The notes under the pieces: model-generated
Seen by the model: only the letters and a program-made list of their open reading frames with translations
The model's database searches: none
Told to the model about the DNA's origin: nothing
Shown here: positions 12,889-23,529 of the stretch, piece by piece
Numbering within the stretch: the first letter of the stretch is position 1
Layout: each line of letters begins with the position of its first letter
Program-made: the position numbers and the translations under genes
NCBI GenBank assembly: GCA_038245905.1
Contig: JBBRRY010000014.1
Location: 20,614 to 84,613 of the forward strand
Direction of reading: 5' to 3'
Source of the DNA: Thermoanaerobaculia bacterium
Lineage (GTDB): Bacteria > Acidobacteriota > Thermoanaerobaculia > UBA5066
DNA: 64,000 nucleotides

Positions 12889-14739
12889 TTGGGTAAGATT
12901 CTCGGCATCGATCTCGGGACGACGAACTCCTGTGTCGCAGTCGTCGAGGTCGGTTCGCCGCAGGTCGTTCCGAATCGCGAAGGAGCGCGGACGACGCCGT
13001 CGATCGTCGGCTTCACGGAGGACGGAGAGCGGCTCGTGGGCCAGATCGCGAAGCGCCAGGCGATCACGAACCCCACGCAGACGATCTACGCCGTGAAGCG
13101 GCTCGTCGGCCGCAAAATGACGGACGCCGAAGTGAAGCACGCGCGCGAGCACCTGTCGTATGCGCTCGTGGAGGCGCCAAACGGCGACGTGAAGATCCGC
13201 GTCCGCGACCGGGACTACTCGCCTGAGGAGATTTCATCGTTCACGCTGCGTGAAATCAAGGAGTTCTGCGAAGAAGCGCTCGGTGAAGAGATCAAGGAAG
13301 CGATCATCACGGTCCCCGCGTACTTCGACGACTCGCAGCGGCAGGCCACACGCGATGCGGGCCGTCTCGCGGGCCTCGAGGTCCTGCGCATCATCAACGA
13401 GCCCACGGCGGCCGCGCTCGCGTACGGGCTCGAGAAGAACCGGAAGCAGGAGACGATCGCGGTCTACGACCTCGGAGGCGGCACGTTCGACATCTCGATC
13501 CTCCGGATCGACAACGGCATGTTCGAGGTCCTCGCGACCTCGGGGGACACGTTTCTCGGCGGAGAGGACTTCGACCGGGTGATCATGGACTGGCTGCTCG
13601 CCGAATTCCTGACGCAGACTGGTATCGACCTGAGACAGGACCGCCTCGCGCTCCAGCGGCTCAAGGAGGCCGCCGAGAAGGCGAAGTGCGAATTGTCGAC
13701 CGCGCTCGAGACGATGGTCGCACTTCCGTTCATCGCGTCCGACGCCTCGGGTCCGAAGCACATCAACAAGCTCCTGACGCGCGACACGTTCGAGGCGCTC
13801 GCGGCTGACCTCATCCAGCGGACCGAGGGTCCGTGCCGGAATGCGCTCGAGGCGGCCGGCCTCAAGCCCGAGCAGGTCGACACGATCATCCTCGTCGGCG
13901 GCCAGACGCGGACCCCGAAGGTCCAGCAGATGGTCGAGACGATTTTCGGAAAGCCGCCGAACCGCTCCATCAACCCCGACGAAGTGGTCGCGGTGGGTGC
14001 CGCGATTCAAGCGGGAGTCCTGCGCGGCGACATCAAGGACCTCGTTCTTCTCGACGTGACGCCTCTGTCGCTCGGCCTCGAGACGCACGGCGGCATCTTC
14101 GTCAAGCTCATCGAGCGCAACTCCACGATCCCGACGAAGAACACCCAGATCTTCACGACCGTGGCCGACAACCAGACGACGGTCGAGATCCACGTCCTGC
14201 AGGGCGAGCGCGACATCGCCAAGGAGAACAAGTCCCTCGGCAAGTTCCAGCTCGTCGGCATTCCGGCGGCGGCGAAGGGTGTGCCCCAGGTCGAGCTCAC
14301 CTTCGCGATCGACTCGTCAGGAATCGTGAACGTCTCGGCAAAGGATCTGGCGACCGGCAAGGCGCAGGGTCTTCAGATCAGTCCCGCGGGCGGCCTCTCG
14401 CAGGCGGAGATCGAGAAGATCATCGAGGAGGCAACGGCAAACAAGGCGGCAGATACGAAGCGCAAAGAGCTTCGCCAGCTGAAAAACAAGCTCGAAGGGA
14501 TGATCGGGGGAAACGACCGGATCTTCCGCGAATTCGGCAACCTCCTCCAGCCCGAAGAGAAGGATCGCGTCCAACGCACTCTCGAGAACGCTCGCGAAGT
14601 GATGACGGGGGATGACCGGGGGCCCATCGACGACGCGATGATCGACATGAAAGGCGTTTCGCGCATTCTCACGCAGGCGATGCTCTACAAGCCCGAGTCC
14701 AAGGAGCGCCGGGGCGACGGTGCGGAGAAACCGGCCTGA
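12889..14739 (+). CDS. dnaK: Chaperone DnaK (TTG start)
   Basis: [41 protein letters not shown]; SD GAGGAGG. Confidence 0.97.
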   Translation: MGKILGIDLGTTNSCVAVVEVGSPQVVPNREGARTTPSIVGFTEDGERLVGQIAKRQAITNPTQTIYAVKRLVGRKMTDAEVKHAREHLSYALVEAPNGDVKIRVRDRDYSPEEISSFTLREIKEFCEEALGEEIKEAIITVPAYFDDSQRQATRDAGRLAGLEVLRIINEPTAAALAYGLEKNRKQETIAVYDLGGGTFDISILRIDNGMFEVLATSGDTFLGGEDFDRVIMDWLLAEFLTQTGIDLRQDRLALQRLKEAAEKAKCELSTALETMVALPFIASDASGPKHINKLLTRDTFEALAADLIQRTEGPCRNALEAAGLKPEQVDTIILVGGQTRTPKVQQMVETIFGKPPNRSINPDEVVAVGAAIQAGVLRGDIKDLVLLDVTPLSLGLETHGGIFVKLIERNSTIPTKNTQIFTTVADNQTTVEIHVLQGERDIAKENKSLGKFQLVGIPAAAKGVPQVELTFAIDSSGIVNVSAKDLATGKAQGLQISPAGGLSQAEIEKIIEEATANKAADTKRKELRQLKNKLEGMIGGNDRIFREFGNLLQPEEKDRVQRTLENAREVMTGDDRGPIDDAMIDMKGVSRILTQAMLYKPESKERRGDGAEKPA

Positions 14740-14762
14740 AGTCGGTTCCTGGCCAGTAAACC

Positions 14763-15887
14763 GTGAGTGCATCCGTTCGCGATTACTACGAAGTTCTCGG
14801 TGTGGGACGAAACGCGTCCCCCGAGGAGATCAAGGGCGCCTACCGGAAGGCGGCGCTGCAGCACCATCCCGACAAGAACCCGGGCGACACGCGCGCCGAG
14901 GACAAGTTCAAGGAGGCCGCGGAGGCTTACTCGGTCCTTTCCGATCCCGATAAGCGCGCGCGTTTCGACCGCTTCGGAGTCGAAGGCGTGCGCGGCGCGG
15001 GCGGGGGGACTGGCTTCGACCCGACTCAGTTCGTGGACTTCGCCGACATCCTCGGAGACCTGTTCGGTTTCGCTTCGGGCGGCGACACGCGCGCGTCCCG
15101 GCGTACGGGCGAGGACCTGAAAGCCGACGTGACACTGTCCTTTGAGGACGCCGCCTTCGGCTCTGAAGTCTCGGTTCCGATCCAGCGATACGAGCGCTGC
15201 GACGCGTGCCGAGGCCAAGGTGGGCGCGGCGGAGCCGTGCCGCTGACCTGCCCAACGTGCCGGGGCCAGGGCCGCGTCCAATACAGGCAGGGGTTCTTCG
15301 CGGTCGCGCGCCCATGCCCCGACTGCGGAGGCTCGGGCGAGCGAGTCAAGGACCCGTGCCCGGACTGTCGCGGTGACGGGCGCACGCGCCACGCGCGAAC
15401 GTTGACGGTGGCGATTCCGCCCGGCGTGGACGAGGGCGCGCGGCTGCGCCTCACGGGTGAGGGAAACGCGGGCCGGCGGGACGGGCGCCCCGGCGATCTC
15501 TACGTCTTCATCTCGGTGATGTCGCACGAGCAGTTTCGGCGTGATGGCTTCGACGTCGTGCTCACGTGGGCCATCCCGTTCCACGTCGCGGCTCTCGGGG
15601 GGACGCTCCGCGTGCCGACGCTGCACGGCGACGCGACGTTCGACGTGCCTTCCGGTACCGCGGCGGGCCGCGTCTTCACGCTCAAGGGCAAGGGAGTCCC
15701 GCGCCTAGACGGCCGCGGGAAGGGTGACCAGCACGTCCTCCTGACGGTCCGGGTGCCGAAGAAGATGACGCACGCGCAGAAAGAGGCCGTCGAGAAGCTC
15801 GCGGAAGCGTTCGGGTCGGAGTCGGGAACGCCCACGAAAGACGAAAGAGGATTCTTCGAAAGGTTGAAGGATTTTCTTGGTTCCTAG
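14763..15887 (+). CDS. dnaJ: Chaperone DnaJ
   Basis: J domain with HPD, four CxxCxGxG repeats. Confidence 0.97.
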   Translation: MSASVRDYYEVLGVGRNASPEEIKGAYRKAALQHHPDKNPGDTRAEDKFKEAAEAYSVLSDPDKRARFDRFGVEGVRGAGGGTGFDPTQFVDFADILGDLFGFASGGDTRASRRTGEDLKADVTLSFEDAAFGSEVSVPIQRYERCDACRGQGGRGGAVPLTCPTCRGQGRVQYRQGFFAVARPCPDCGGSGERVKDPCPDCRGDGRTRHARTLTVAIPPGVDEGARLRLTGEGNAGRRDGRPGDLYVFISVMSHEQFRRDGFDVVLTWAIPFHVAALGGTLRVPTLHGDATFDVPSGTAAGRVFTLKGKGVPRLDGRGKGDQHVLLTVRVPKKMTHAQKEAVEKLAEAFGSESGTPTKDERGFFERLKDFLGS

Positions 15888-16105
15888 CGGCACGGCCGTC
15901 CGCATCGAGGTGCCGGCGGCGCTCGCCGAGAGGATCGAAGAGCCAGAAGGGGATTTCTTAGACGGATTAGGAGGCCTGGAGTTCTCGTCCACGGTCTCGA
16001 CGGACGGCAACGTCCTGATCTGGGTTGACTCCGTAGACCGGGCGGAGGCTCTCGCGAGGCTCGCCGCGATCGGACTTCCCGGCCTTTCCACCTTCGAAGA
16101 AATCC
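15845..16105. repeat. Dispersed motif: forward copies (centres 15857, 15960) and reverse copy (16096)
   Basis: GGATTCTTCGAAAGG, GGATTTCTTAGACGG, CCACCTTCGAAGAAATCC; spacing 136. Confidence 0.7.
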
Positions 16106-16731
16106 CCCGGGACTGGGTGGCCGAGTCGGCTGCTTTGAGGAGAGCGGTCCTCGTGGAGCGATATCTCTTCGATCCCCACGACGGCGACTTGGCTTCAGCC
16201 GTGCCGCCCGGCGTGCGGCGTCTCCATCTCCCCGCCGTCCGGGCCTTCGGGACGGGCTCGCACGAGTCCACGCGCCTCGCCGTGCGCCTCCTTCTCGCCC
16301 TTGACCTCCGCGGGGCGCGCGTCCTCGATGTCGGCTGCGGCACCGGAACGCTGGCTTTCGTGGCCGCGCTCGAAGGCGCACGCCACGTCATCGCGTTCGA
16401 CCTCGACCCCTATGCCGCGTTCGCGACGCGCGAGCAGGCGCGCGCGAACGGCATCCTCGGCGTTTCGGCATTCGCGGGGCCTCTCGACGCGCTCGCGGCG
16501 AAAACCCGCTTCGACGTCGTCGTCGCGAACATGATTCAGGAAGAGGTCGCGCCTCTGCTCCCGGCGATCCACGATCGCCTCGCGCCGAGCGGCCGGCTGC
16601 TGTGCTCGGGGCAGCTCGTGGAGAGGGAGGAAGACTTCCGATATTTGCTTCGGAAGACAGGCTTCCGGCCGGTCCGTTCGCTTCGAGAAAACGAGTGGTT
16701 CGGGTCAGCCTGGATTTCTTCGAATGGCTGA
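15877..16731 (+). CDS. prmA: Ribosomal protein L11 methyltransferase
   Basis: [31 protein letters not shown]; position after dnaJ. Confidence 0.88.
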   Translation: MVPSGTAVRIEVPAALAERIEEPEGDFLDGLGGLEFSSTVSTDGNVLIWVDSVDRAEALARLAAIGLPGLSTFEEIPRDWVAESAALRRAVLVERYLFDPHDGDLASAVPPGVRRLHLPAVRAFGTGSHESTRLAVRLLLALDLRGARVLDVGCGTGTLAFVAALEGARHVIAFDLDPYAAFATREQARANGILGVSAFAGPLDALAAKTRFDVVVANMIQEEVAPLLPAIHDRLAPSGRLLCSGQLVEREEDFRYLLRKTGFRPVRSLRENEWFGSAWISSNG

Positions 16732-17494
16732 GGACACTCTCTCTCGTCCGCCGCGCGTCTACGTGCCGGATCTCGCGGAGTTCCTGGGGAGCTCCGACGA
16801 GAACCTGAAGATTTCTTTGAAGGTGGAAGAGCGAGATCACGTCCGCTCGAGGCGCCTCACGGATGGCGACGAAGTCGTCGCGCTCGACGGAAAGGGCCTT
16901 CGGCTGCGCGCGACGCTGACTCGCAGCGGCTCGGCCTTGGCCCTCTTACCATTTAGGCAAATCTCCTCTTCCTCTGTTGTTTCTTCTTCTCTCCCCGGCG
17001 AGCCCGCGAATCGCGTGACCGTGCTGCTCGCGTGCGCGGAGCCCGCGCGGGTCGAATGGGCAATCGAGAAGGGCACGGAGTGCGGCGCGGCCGGCTTCGT
17101 GCTGCTGGACGCCGAGCGCTCCCAGCGTGCGCACGTTGCGGCGCTCTCGTCGCCTGCGCGGCTCGAGCGTCTCCGCCGCATCGCGGTCGAGGCAACGAAG
17201 CAGTGCGACCGAACTCTCGTGCCGGTCGTGGAGGGTCCGAAGAGCACGAAAGAGTTTCTTAGAGGGGGAAGAGGGAAGGAGACGCTGTTCGTAGCGGACC
17301 CCGCGGGTGCGCCGATGGGCTCGTTCGCGCCAGAAGCCGCGACGGTCGCCATCGGCCCCGAGGGAGGATTCGCTCCGTCCGAACTCTCTCAATTCAAAGA
17401 AAATCATTCTTTTGTTCTCTCTCTCGGTCCCCGCATCCTCCGCCTCGAAACGGCCGTGGTCGTGGCGCTCACGCGGTTGGTCGATCCCGGCTGA
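16724..17494 (+). CDS. rsmE: 16S rRNA m3U1498 methyltransferase
   Basis: IEKGTECG, EATKQC, IGPEGGF, SLGPRILRLETA. Confidence 0.92.
   Translation: MAEDTLSRPPRVYVPDLAEFLGSSDENLKISLKVEERDHVRSRRLTDGDEVVALDGKGLRLRATLTRSGSALALLPFRQISSSSVVSSSLPGEPANRVTVLLACAEPARVEWAIEKGTECGAAGFVLLDAERSQRAHVAALSSPARLERLRRIAVEATKQCDRTLVPVVEGPKSTKEFLRGGRGKETLFVADPAGAPMGSFAPEAATVAIGPEGGFAPSELSQFKENHSFVLSLGPRILRLETAVVVALTRLVDPG
16807..16970. repeat. Dispersed motif pair in rsmE (centres 16818/16954)
   Basis: GAAGATTTCTTTGAAGGTGGAAGAG ... CTCTTACCATTTAGGCAAATCTCC; spacing 136; weaker forward copies at 16651 and 16721. Confidence 0.7.
17250..17410. repeat. Dispersed motif pair in rsmE (centres 17261/17396)
   Basis: AGAGTTTCTTAGAGGGGGAAGAG ... 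CTCTCTCAATTCAAAGAAAATC; spacing 135. Confidence 0.7.
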
Positions 17495-17554
17495 GATCGC
17501 CGCCGGATCGGGCGGCTCGTTTCGGTTAGCATCCCCCCGAAGACGGAGGACGCG

Positions 17555-18502
17555 ATGAGCTTCGAAAACGTCAAGAAGGTCTGGATGAACGGGAAGCTGA
17601 TCGACTTCGCGGACGCGAAGATACACATCTTCACCCACGCCCTGCACTACGGGTCTGGCGTCTTCGAAGGGGAGCGCTGCTACAACACGGCGCGCGGGCC
17701 CGCGATCTTCCGCCTCGACGATCACCTCGACCGCCTCTTCTGGTCCGCGAAAATCTACCGGATGGTGATTCCGTACGCGATCGACCAGCTCCGGGAGGCG
17801 ACGCTCGAGGTCGTGCGCGCGAACGACTTCAAGGCGTGTTACATCCGGCCCCTCGTCTACCGCGGCTACGGCGCGCTCGGAGTCAACCCGTTCCCGAACC
17901 CCGTGGACGTGGCGATCGGCTGCTACGAGTGGGGAAAGTATCTCGGCGCGGACGCCCTCGAGCAGGGAGTCGACACGTGCTGCTCGTCCTGGATGCGCAT
18001 CGCGCCGAACACGATGCCCGCCATGGCGAAGGCCACCGCGAACTACGCGAACAGCCAGCTCATCAAGATGGAAGCGATCACGAACGGCTATCACGAGGGG
18101 ATTGCGCTCGATCACAACGGGCGCATCTCCGAGGGCTCTGGCGAAAATCTCTTCCTCGTCTGGAAGGGCCGCCTCTACACGCCGCCGCTCTCGGCCTCGA
18201 CGCTGCCCGGCATCACGCGCCTGTCCGTGATCCAGCTCGCGCGCGAGCTGGATTTCCAGATGGAAGAGAAGACGATTCCGCGCGAGATGATCTACGCGGC
18301 CGACGAGATGTTCTTCACCGGTACGGCCGCCGAAATCACGCCGATCCGCTCCGTGGACCGGATTCCGGTCGGGAACGGCAAACGCGGTCCGATGACGGAG
18401 GCTTTGCAGAAGGCCTTCTTCGACATCGTCGAGGGCCGGGTGGACGACCGATACGGCTGGCTGACGCCGGTCTATTCGGCGGTACCCACCGTCTCGCGGT
18501 AG
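17555..18502 (+). CDS. ilvE: Branched-chain amino acid aminotransferase
   Basis: HALHYGSGVFEG, AKATANY, EGSGENLF, LPGITR, GTAAEITP. Confidence 0.96.
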   Translation: MSFENVKKVWMNGKLIDFADAKIHIFTHALHYGSGVFEGERCYNTARGPAIFRLDDHLDRLFWSAKIYRMVIPYAIDQLREATLEVVRANDFKACYIRPLVYRGYGALGVNPFPNPVDVAIGCYEWGKYLGADALEQGVDTCCSSWMRIAPNTMPAMAKATANYANSQLIKMEAITNGYHEGIALDHNGRISEGSGENLFLVWKGRLYTPPLSASTLPGITRLSVIQLARELDFQMEEKTIPREMIYAADEMFFTGTAAEITPIRSVDRIPVGNGKRGPMTEALQKAFFDIVEGRVDDRYGWLTPVYSAVPTVSR

Positions 18503-18511
18503 GTCGTTCCC

Positions 18512-19288
18512 TCACGCACGCCTTCGCGTCGCGATCAGCTCGGCCACGATCGCGATCGCGATCTCCTCGGGGGACTCGGCCCCGATGTCGAGGCCGATGG
18601 GATTCTTCGCGCGGCCCAGCTCGTCTTCCGTGAAGCCCTCGTTCCGCAGCTCGTCGAAGAGGGCCTTACGCTTGGCCTTGCTGCCGATCATGCCGAGATA
18701 CGCGACGGGCGCGTGACGGAGGCGGCGGAACGCGAGGCCGTCCGTCACGTGCCCGCGAGAGACGATGGCCACGAAGTCCTTCGAATCCGGGAGCGGCAGG
18801 TCCGCATAGTCGTCCCCGACGTGGACGAGCCGGGCGCCGGGCGGGAAGGCGGCGGGGTCGAGCTGCTCCTCCCGCTCGTCCGCGACGGTGACTTCGTACC
18901 CGCTGAACGCCGCGGCGCGGGCCAGCGCGCGTCCGCAGTGGCCGGCACCCACCACGAGAAGGCGGGGCGCGCGCTCGACGATCTCGAGAAGAACGGACGC
19001 GCTCCCGCCGCAGACCGCGCCGAACGTGTTCTCACCTGTCGGGACGAACGGATAATCGCGCGTGAACGGGAGGCCGTGGGCCAGGAGCAGCTTCTTCGCG
19101 TCGGCGATGACGAGCGACTCGAACTTGCCGCCTCCGATCGTCCCCTCGGTTGCCCCGTCGGGCAGGACGAGCATCCGTGCCGTCGTCTCCCGGGGCGTGG
19201 AGCCCACGGCGGAGACGACCGTCGCCATCGCGAGCCGGCCGTGGCGCTCGAGGAGTCGCGGGAGCTCTACGAAGAATTGATGGCTCAT
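18512..19288 (-). CDS. XdhC/CoxI family molybdenum cofactor chaperone
   Basis: GSTPR, GTIGGG, CGG, GAGHCG, YLGMIGS, PIGLDIGAESPEEIA; start MSHQFF. Confidence 0.92.
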   Translation of the reverse strand: MSHQFFVELPRLLERHGRLAMATVVSAVGSTPRETTARMLVLPDGATEGTIGGGKFESLVIADAKKLLLAHGLPFTRDYPFVPTGENTFGAVCGGSASVLLEIVERAPRLLVVGAGHCGRALARAAAFSGYEVTVADEREEQLDPAAFPPGARLVHVGDDYADLPLPDSKDFVAIVSRGHVTDGLAFRRLRHAPVAYLGMIGSKAKRKALFDELRNEGFTEDELGRAKNPIGLDIGAESPEEIAIAIVAELIATRRRA

Positions 19289-19926
19289 GTGAGGAGATCC
19301 TCGGCCCTGTCGACGTCGTGGAGGATGGACTCGTCGAAGCCCTCGAGGTGCAGCACCTTCACGTCGGGCTCGGCGAAGAGGCGGTTTAGCCGCGCGGAGT
19401 CGGGCCACGAGAGGAGCCGCGCGCGCAGCGCCTCGGGGATCACGAGCGGGTGGCCGCGGCGGCGGGCGTGGGTGGGGACGACGACCGTCGTCTGGCTCGC
19501 TTCGACAGAACGCGCCGCGTCCAGAACCGTTCGGAGAGAAGATTTGCTTAGAAAGGGAAGATCGGCGGGGGAGATCGCGAAGTGCGTCGAAACGGGGCTC
19601 GCTGTGGCAAGGCCTGCCTTCACGGATGTGAACATCCCGTTCGGCCAGTTCACGTTCTCGACGAATCGCGGGGACGGAGCGGCTGATCCGTCCCCCGATA
19701 CCCTTCTAAGCAGGTTCTCTTCGATCGTGGCTCGAATGTCGGCGGCGCCGCATCCGAGGACAATGAGCAAATCGTCTATTCCCGCTTCCAGCCACGTCTC
19801 ACAGACTTTCTGAAGCAATGGCTTCCTGTCATTGCCGACCGGAGCGAGCATCTTCGGCGAGCCGAAGCGCGAAGAGGCGCCGGCCGCGAGGAGCACTCCG
19901 GAGACGAAGGCTTTAGGTCCGCTCAG
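19285..19926 (-). CDS. mocA: MocA-type molybdenum cofactor cytidylyltransferase (probable CTG start)
   Basis: LLAAGASSRFG.PK, GMFTSVKAG, ADLPF, GHP, DVD; lies in the xanthine-dehydrogenase-family operon. Confidence 0.85.
   Translation of the reverse strand: MSGPKAFVSGVLLAAGASSRFGSPKMLAPVGNDRKPLLQKVCETWLEAGIDDLLIVLGCGAADIRATIEENLLRRVSGDGSAAPSPRFVENVNWPNGMFTSVKAGLATASPVSTHFAISPADLPFLSKSSLRTVLDAARSVEASQTTVVVPTHARRRGHPLVIPEALRARLLSWPDSARLNRLFAEPDVKVLHLEGFDESILHDVDRAEDLLT
19537..19722. repeat. Dispersed motif pair in mocA (centres 19550/19707)
   Basis: AGAAGATTTGCTTAGAAAGGGAAG ... ACCCTTCTAAGCAGGTTCTCTTC; spacing 157. Confidence 0.7.
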
Positions 19927-20171
19927 TCTTCGCCCTCGAAGCACGCGCGACCGGCTCGGCAGTCGTCGAGGAACGCGGGCTGGCCGTCCGGGCCGACGGG
20001 CCCCATGACCTGCAGGCACCAGTACGCGGCCGACGTCGAGGGGTGCTCGCGGGCGTGATCCTCCCAGTTACCCGTCGCGACGAACATCGTTTTCGTGCGC
20101 AGGTGGCGGCAGCACAGCGCCGGGTCGAGCGTGACGGCGTCCGAGCCGCCGAGTCCGTCTTGCGCGCTCAT
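19923..20171 (-). CDS. Small Cys-rich hypothetical protein (82 aa) in the molybdoenzyme operon
   Basis: 4-bp start/stop overlaps with both neighbours; CCRHLRTK, YWC, GPDG, C-x5-C. Confidence 0.8.
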   Translation of the reverse strand: MSAQDGLGGSDAVTLDPALCCRHLRTKTMFVATGNWEDHAREHPSTSAAYWCLQVMGPVGPDGQPAFLDDCRAGRACFEGED

Positions 20172-21175
20172 GCGAATTCCTCCGTCCCGTCGGAGAGGCC
20201 GGCCGCCGCGAGAAGGGTCCGGCGGACGACGGCCGCGACCATCGGGAGCTTGTACGCGTTCTTTTCGAGAGGGGTCGCGCCGTCGAGCGCGGCCTGTCCG
20301 GCCTGCGCCGCGAGCGCCGCGTCGATTCTCTTGCCCTCGACGAGCGCCTCGGCCGCCTTCGCGCGGAACGGGACGGGCGCCGCGGAACCGATCACGATTC
20401 GGACGTCCTTCGCGACGCCGCCCGCGTCGCGGTATGCGACCGCCGCGTCCGCAAGCGGCCAGTCGAACGACTGCTTCTGCTTAATTTTCCGGTATGCCGA
20501 ACGCAGGCCTTGCGCCTTGTCGACGTGGATCTCCACAATCAGCTCGCCGGGCTTGAGCGCGTTCTCCGAGAAGATATCGACCTCTGGTCGCACGAAGAAG
20601 TCCGCGGCAGGGATCGTGCGCCCGCCGCCTGCCGCGAGCGTCTCGATCCGCGCGTTCAGGGCGAGGAGAGCGACGCCGGCCGCCGAAGGGTGGACGATCG
20701 CGCACGTGTTATTCCCGAAGACGGCATGGAATTCGTTCTCGCCGGATTTCGCGAGGCACTCGACGCCGCCCTTCTTGAGGCACTGGAACTCCGACGAGCG
20801 GAAGTACCAGCAGCGCGGGCGCTGGCAGAGGTTCCCCGCGAGCGTCGCCGCGTTGCGGATCTGCGGCGTCGCGGCGCCGAGGCAGGCGTCCGCGAGGGCG
20901 GGGAATTCGGACTTCAGGCCCTCCGCAATCGCACTCAATGTCACCAACGCGCCGATTGAGACGGCGCCGGAAGATTTTCTTTGAATGGAAGAATGGGACG
21001 TCAGCCGCCTCAGGTCCACGACCTGGTCCGGTGCCAGGTTGTACTCCTTCAGTCGGTCGAGGAGCTCCGTTCCCGCTCCCTTACCTTCAGAAGAAATCTT
21101 CTCTTTCTTCGCCTTGGCGAGGAGGCCGACCGCCTCCTCCCAGGACTTCGGCTGCAACCTTTCGAAGCTCTTCAC
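20168..21175 (-). CDS. FAD-binding subunit, PaoB/YagS type, with a Cys cluster for 4Fe-4S
   Basis: GAGTELL, ATPQIRNAATLAGNLCQRPRCWYFR..C..C..C, NAYKL; GTG overlaps upstream TGA. Confidence 0.93.
   Translation of the reverse strand: MKSFERLQPKSWEEAVGLLAKAKKEKISSEGKGAGTELLDRLKEYNLAPDQVVDLRRLTSHSSIQRKSSGAVSIGALVTLSAIAEGLKSEFPALADACLGAATPQIRNAATLAGNLCQRPRCWYFRSSEFQCLKKGGVECLAKSGENEFHAVFGNNTCAIVHPSAAGVALLALNARIETLAAGGGRTIPAADFFVRPEVDIFSENALKPGELIVEIHVDKAQGLRSAYRKIKQKQSFDWPLADAAVAYRDAGGVAKDVRIVIGSAAPVPFRAKAAEALVEGKRIDAALAAQAGQAALDGATPLEKNAYKLPMVAAVVRRTLLAAAGLSDGTEEFA
20970..21110. repeat. Dispersed motif pair in the FAD subunit gene (centres 20982/~21089)
   Basis: GAAGATTTTCTTTGAATGGAAGAA ... CTTACCTTCAGAAGAAATCTTCTC; spacing about 107. 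Confidence 0.7.
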
Positions 21176-23529
21176 GCCCTCACCTCCCGCTTCGGGACCT
21201 TCCCGAGCGCATCGAGGATCCTTGCTGGCGTGATCGGGAGTGCCGTCGGCCGGATGCCTGTGGCGTGCGCGATCGCGTTGGCGACCGCGGCAGCCGTCGG
21301 CACCGTCGCGGGCTCGCCGATGCCGCGCGCGTGCGCGTTGTTCTTTCCCGGGTAAAAGTCCACGAGGAGCGGGACGATCTCCGGCGCGTCCTTGCTCCCG
21401 AGGACCTTGTAGAACTCGACGTTCGGGTTCAGCACGCGGCCGGAGCGCTCGTCCACGATGCGCTCCTCGAAGAGTGCGTAGCTGATTCCCTGAAGAATCC
21501 CGCCGCGGATCTGGCTCTCGACGCCCGTCTTCCACACGGGCTGGCCGCAGTCGTGGACCGCGACGACCTTCTTCACGGCGACGACGCCGGTCTCGACGTC
21601 CACGACGACCTCGGCGAACTGCGCTCCGAAGATCCGGGTGTCGCTTCCGTCGTAGTCCTTCGCGCGGTCGCCCGTCGCGACGAGCGTCTCGCCGGGCAGG
21701 CGCGAGCACACCTTCCTGAATTCCGCGGTCTTGCCCTTCGCGGAAAAGACGCCGTTCGCGAGCGCGACCTCGGACGCGGGCGCGCCGAGGAGGTTCGAGG
21801 CGACGTCGAGGAGCTTCTCGCGCGCGTGAACCGCGGCGGCGCGGACGGCCGGAATGAGGGACCCGGTCGTGACGGAGCCGCCGGAGGCGGGCCCGAACGG
21901 AAAGCGCGAATCGCCGATCTTCACGCGGAGGCTCTCCACGGGCAGACTCAGCTCCTCGGCGACGACCATCGCGATCGGGTTGCGCACGCCGCCCCCGATG
22001 TCCTGGACGCCGTTCTCGACCTCGACGCTCCCGTCGCGGTGGATCCGGACGAGGACCTGCGAGCCGGGCGCGACGAACGTGTACCAGAGGGACGCGGCGC
22101 AGCCGAGGCCGCGGCGGAGCGGGCTTCCCGCGGCCGCGGCGGCGGCGTTCGCCTTCGTGATCTCGGCCCGCCGGGACCAGCCGAACTCCTTCGCTCCGAT
22201 TTCCCACTCGGCGCGCCGGACCTCGGAGGGGTCGTTCTGGAGCCGGAGCGCGAGCGGGTCCATCCCGAGCTTGTCGGCAAGCGCTTCGAGCGCCGTCTCG
22301 ACCGCGAAGCAGCCCTGCGGGTGGCCGGGTGCGCGCATCGCGCAGCCGGGGCCGAGGTGCGTGAAGACGTCCGACTCAGCGACCTTCACGGCCGGAAATC
22401 CGTACGCGGACTTCACGAATCCGCCCGTGCCCGTTCCCGTCGCGACACCGGCGGTGCCGAAGGACTCGTAGTCGGCGGCCGTCACGGTCCCGTCCTTCCG
22501 GTAGCCGAGCTTCACGCGGTTCCACGAGTCGGGGCGGTTTCCGGACGACAGCTGATCCTCCTTGCGGTCGAGGACCATGAGGACCGGCTTGCCGGCCTTC
22601 TTTGCGAGCTTCGCCGTGAAGACGCCGTAGTCGCGCGCGCCGAACTTCGAGCCGAAGCCGCCGCCCGCGAACTCGGCGCGGACGATGACCTTGTCCTTCG
22701 CAAGCTTGAACACCTCGCTAAGCTCGTCCCGCACGCTGAACGTTCCCTGGGTCGACGCTGTGACCTCGAGCGTGTCGCCGACCCACTCGGCGAACATCGA
22801 GTGCGTTTCCATGCAGACGTGCGTCTGGACGGACGTCGTCGTCACGACCTCGAGCGTCCCGTCCGCCTCGGCGAAGCCCTTGTCGACGCCGCCGTTTTCG
22901 CCCTTGAGCGAGTTCTTCGGCCCGCGGACGTTGCCGGTCTGCGGAAGGACGGCCGCGGCGCCGGGCTCGTCGCCCGCGCTGCGCTTCTCCTCGACGGGCT
23001 TCTGGAAAACGAGGGGCGAGCCCTCCTTCCGGGCGGCCGCGAGGTTCACGGTGTGCGGGAGGACGTCGTAGGCGATCTTGACGGCGCGAAGGGCGCCTTC
23101 CGCGGCCGCGGGCGTCGGCGCGGCGAGGGCGAGGATCGCTTCGCCGTGATACCGGACAATGGTCTTTTTCGGGTTCTCGATGACGACGCCGGGGACTCGT
23201 TCGGCCTGAGAGGTGTCGATCGAGAGGATCTTTGCGTGGGCGTGGGGCGAGCGGACGATTCGCGCGTGAAGCATCCCCGGCTTCCGCACGTCGTGCGTGT
23301 AGACGGCGCGGCCCGTGACCTTGATCGGGCCATCGAGTCGCGGGCGGCGGCGCCCCGTCACGGGCCGAGGCCCGACCGGATAGGGCGCTGGGTCGCCAGG
23401 AGGAAGAGAGATTTTCTTAGAAAGTGTGTGGCCAGCGAGCCCGATCTCGACCGTCACTGTGGCTCCCGCTGCCCCTGGCACCTTCAAAGAAGTCTTTTCT
23501 TTCTCTTTCTCTTTTTTCTCCTCAGCCAT
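21172..23529 (-). CDS. Molybdopterin-binding subunit, PaoC/YagR type
   Basis: KVTGRAVY, RSPHAHA, GGGFGSK, AMRAPG, QDIGGG, GIGEP. Confidence 0.94.
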   Translation of the reverse strand: MAEEKKEKEKEKTSLKVPGAAGATVTVEIGLAGHTLSKKISLPPGDPAPYPVGPRPVTGRRRPRLDGPIKVTGRAVYTHDVRKPGMLHARIVRSPHAHAKILSIDTSQAERVPGVVIENPKKTIVRYHGEAILALAAPTPAAAEGALRAVKIAYDVLPHTVNLAAARKEGSPLVFQKPVEEKRSAGDEPGAAAVLPQTGNVRGPKNSLKGENGGVDKGFAEADGTLEVVTTTSVQTHVCMETHSMFAEWVGDTLEVTASTQGTFSVRDELSEVFKLAKDKVIVRAEFAGGGFGSKFGARDYGVFTAKLAKKAGKPVLMVLDRKEDQLSSGNRPDSWNRVKLGYRKDGTVTAADYESFGTAGVATGTGTGGFVKSAYGFPAVKVAESDVFTHLGPGCAMRAPGHPQGCFAVETALEALADKLGMDPLALRLQNDPSEVRRAEWEIGAKEFGWSRRAEITKANAAAAAAGSPLRRGLGCAASLWYTFVAPGSQVLVRIHRDGSVEVENGVQDIGGGVRNPIAMVVAEELSLPVESLRVKIGDSRFPFGPASGGSVTTGSLIPAVRAAAVHAREKLLDVASNLLGAPASEVALANGVFSAKGKTAEFRKVCSRLPGETLVATGDRAKDYDGSDTRIFGAQFAEVVVDVETGVVAVKKVVAVHDCGQPVWKTGVESQIRGGILQGISYALFEERIVDERSGRVLNPNVEFYKVLGSKDAPEIVPLLVDFYPGKNNAHARGIGEPATVPTAAAVANAIAHATGIRPTALPITPARILDALGKVPKREVRA
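23403..23523. repeat. Dispersed motif pair at the 5' end of the Mo subunit gene (centres 23419/23486)
   Basis: GAGAGATTTTCTTAGAAAGTG ... CACCTTCAAAGAAGTCTTTTC plus long TC tract; spacing 67. Confidence 0.72.
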
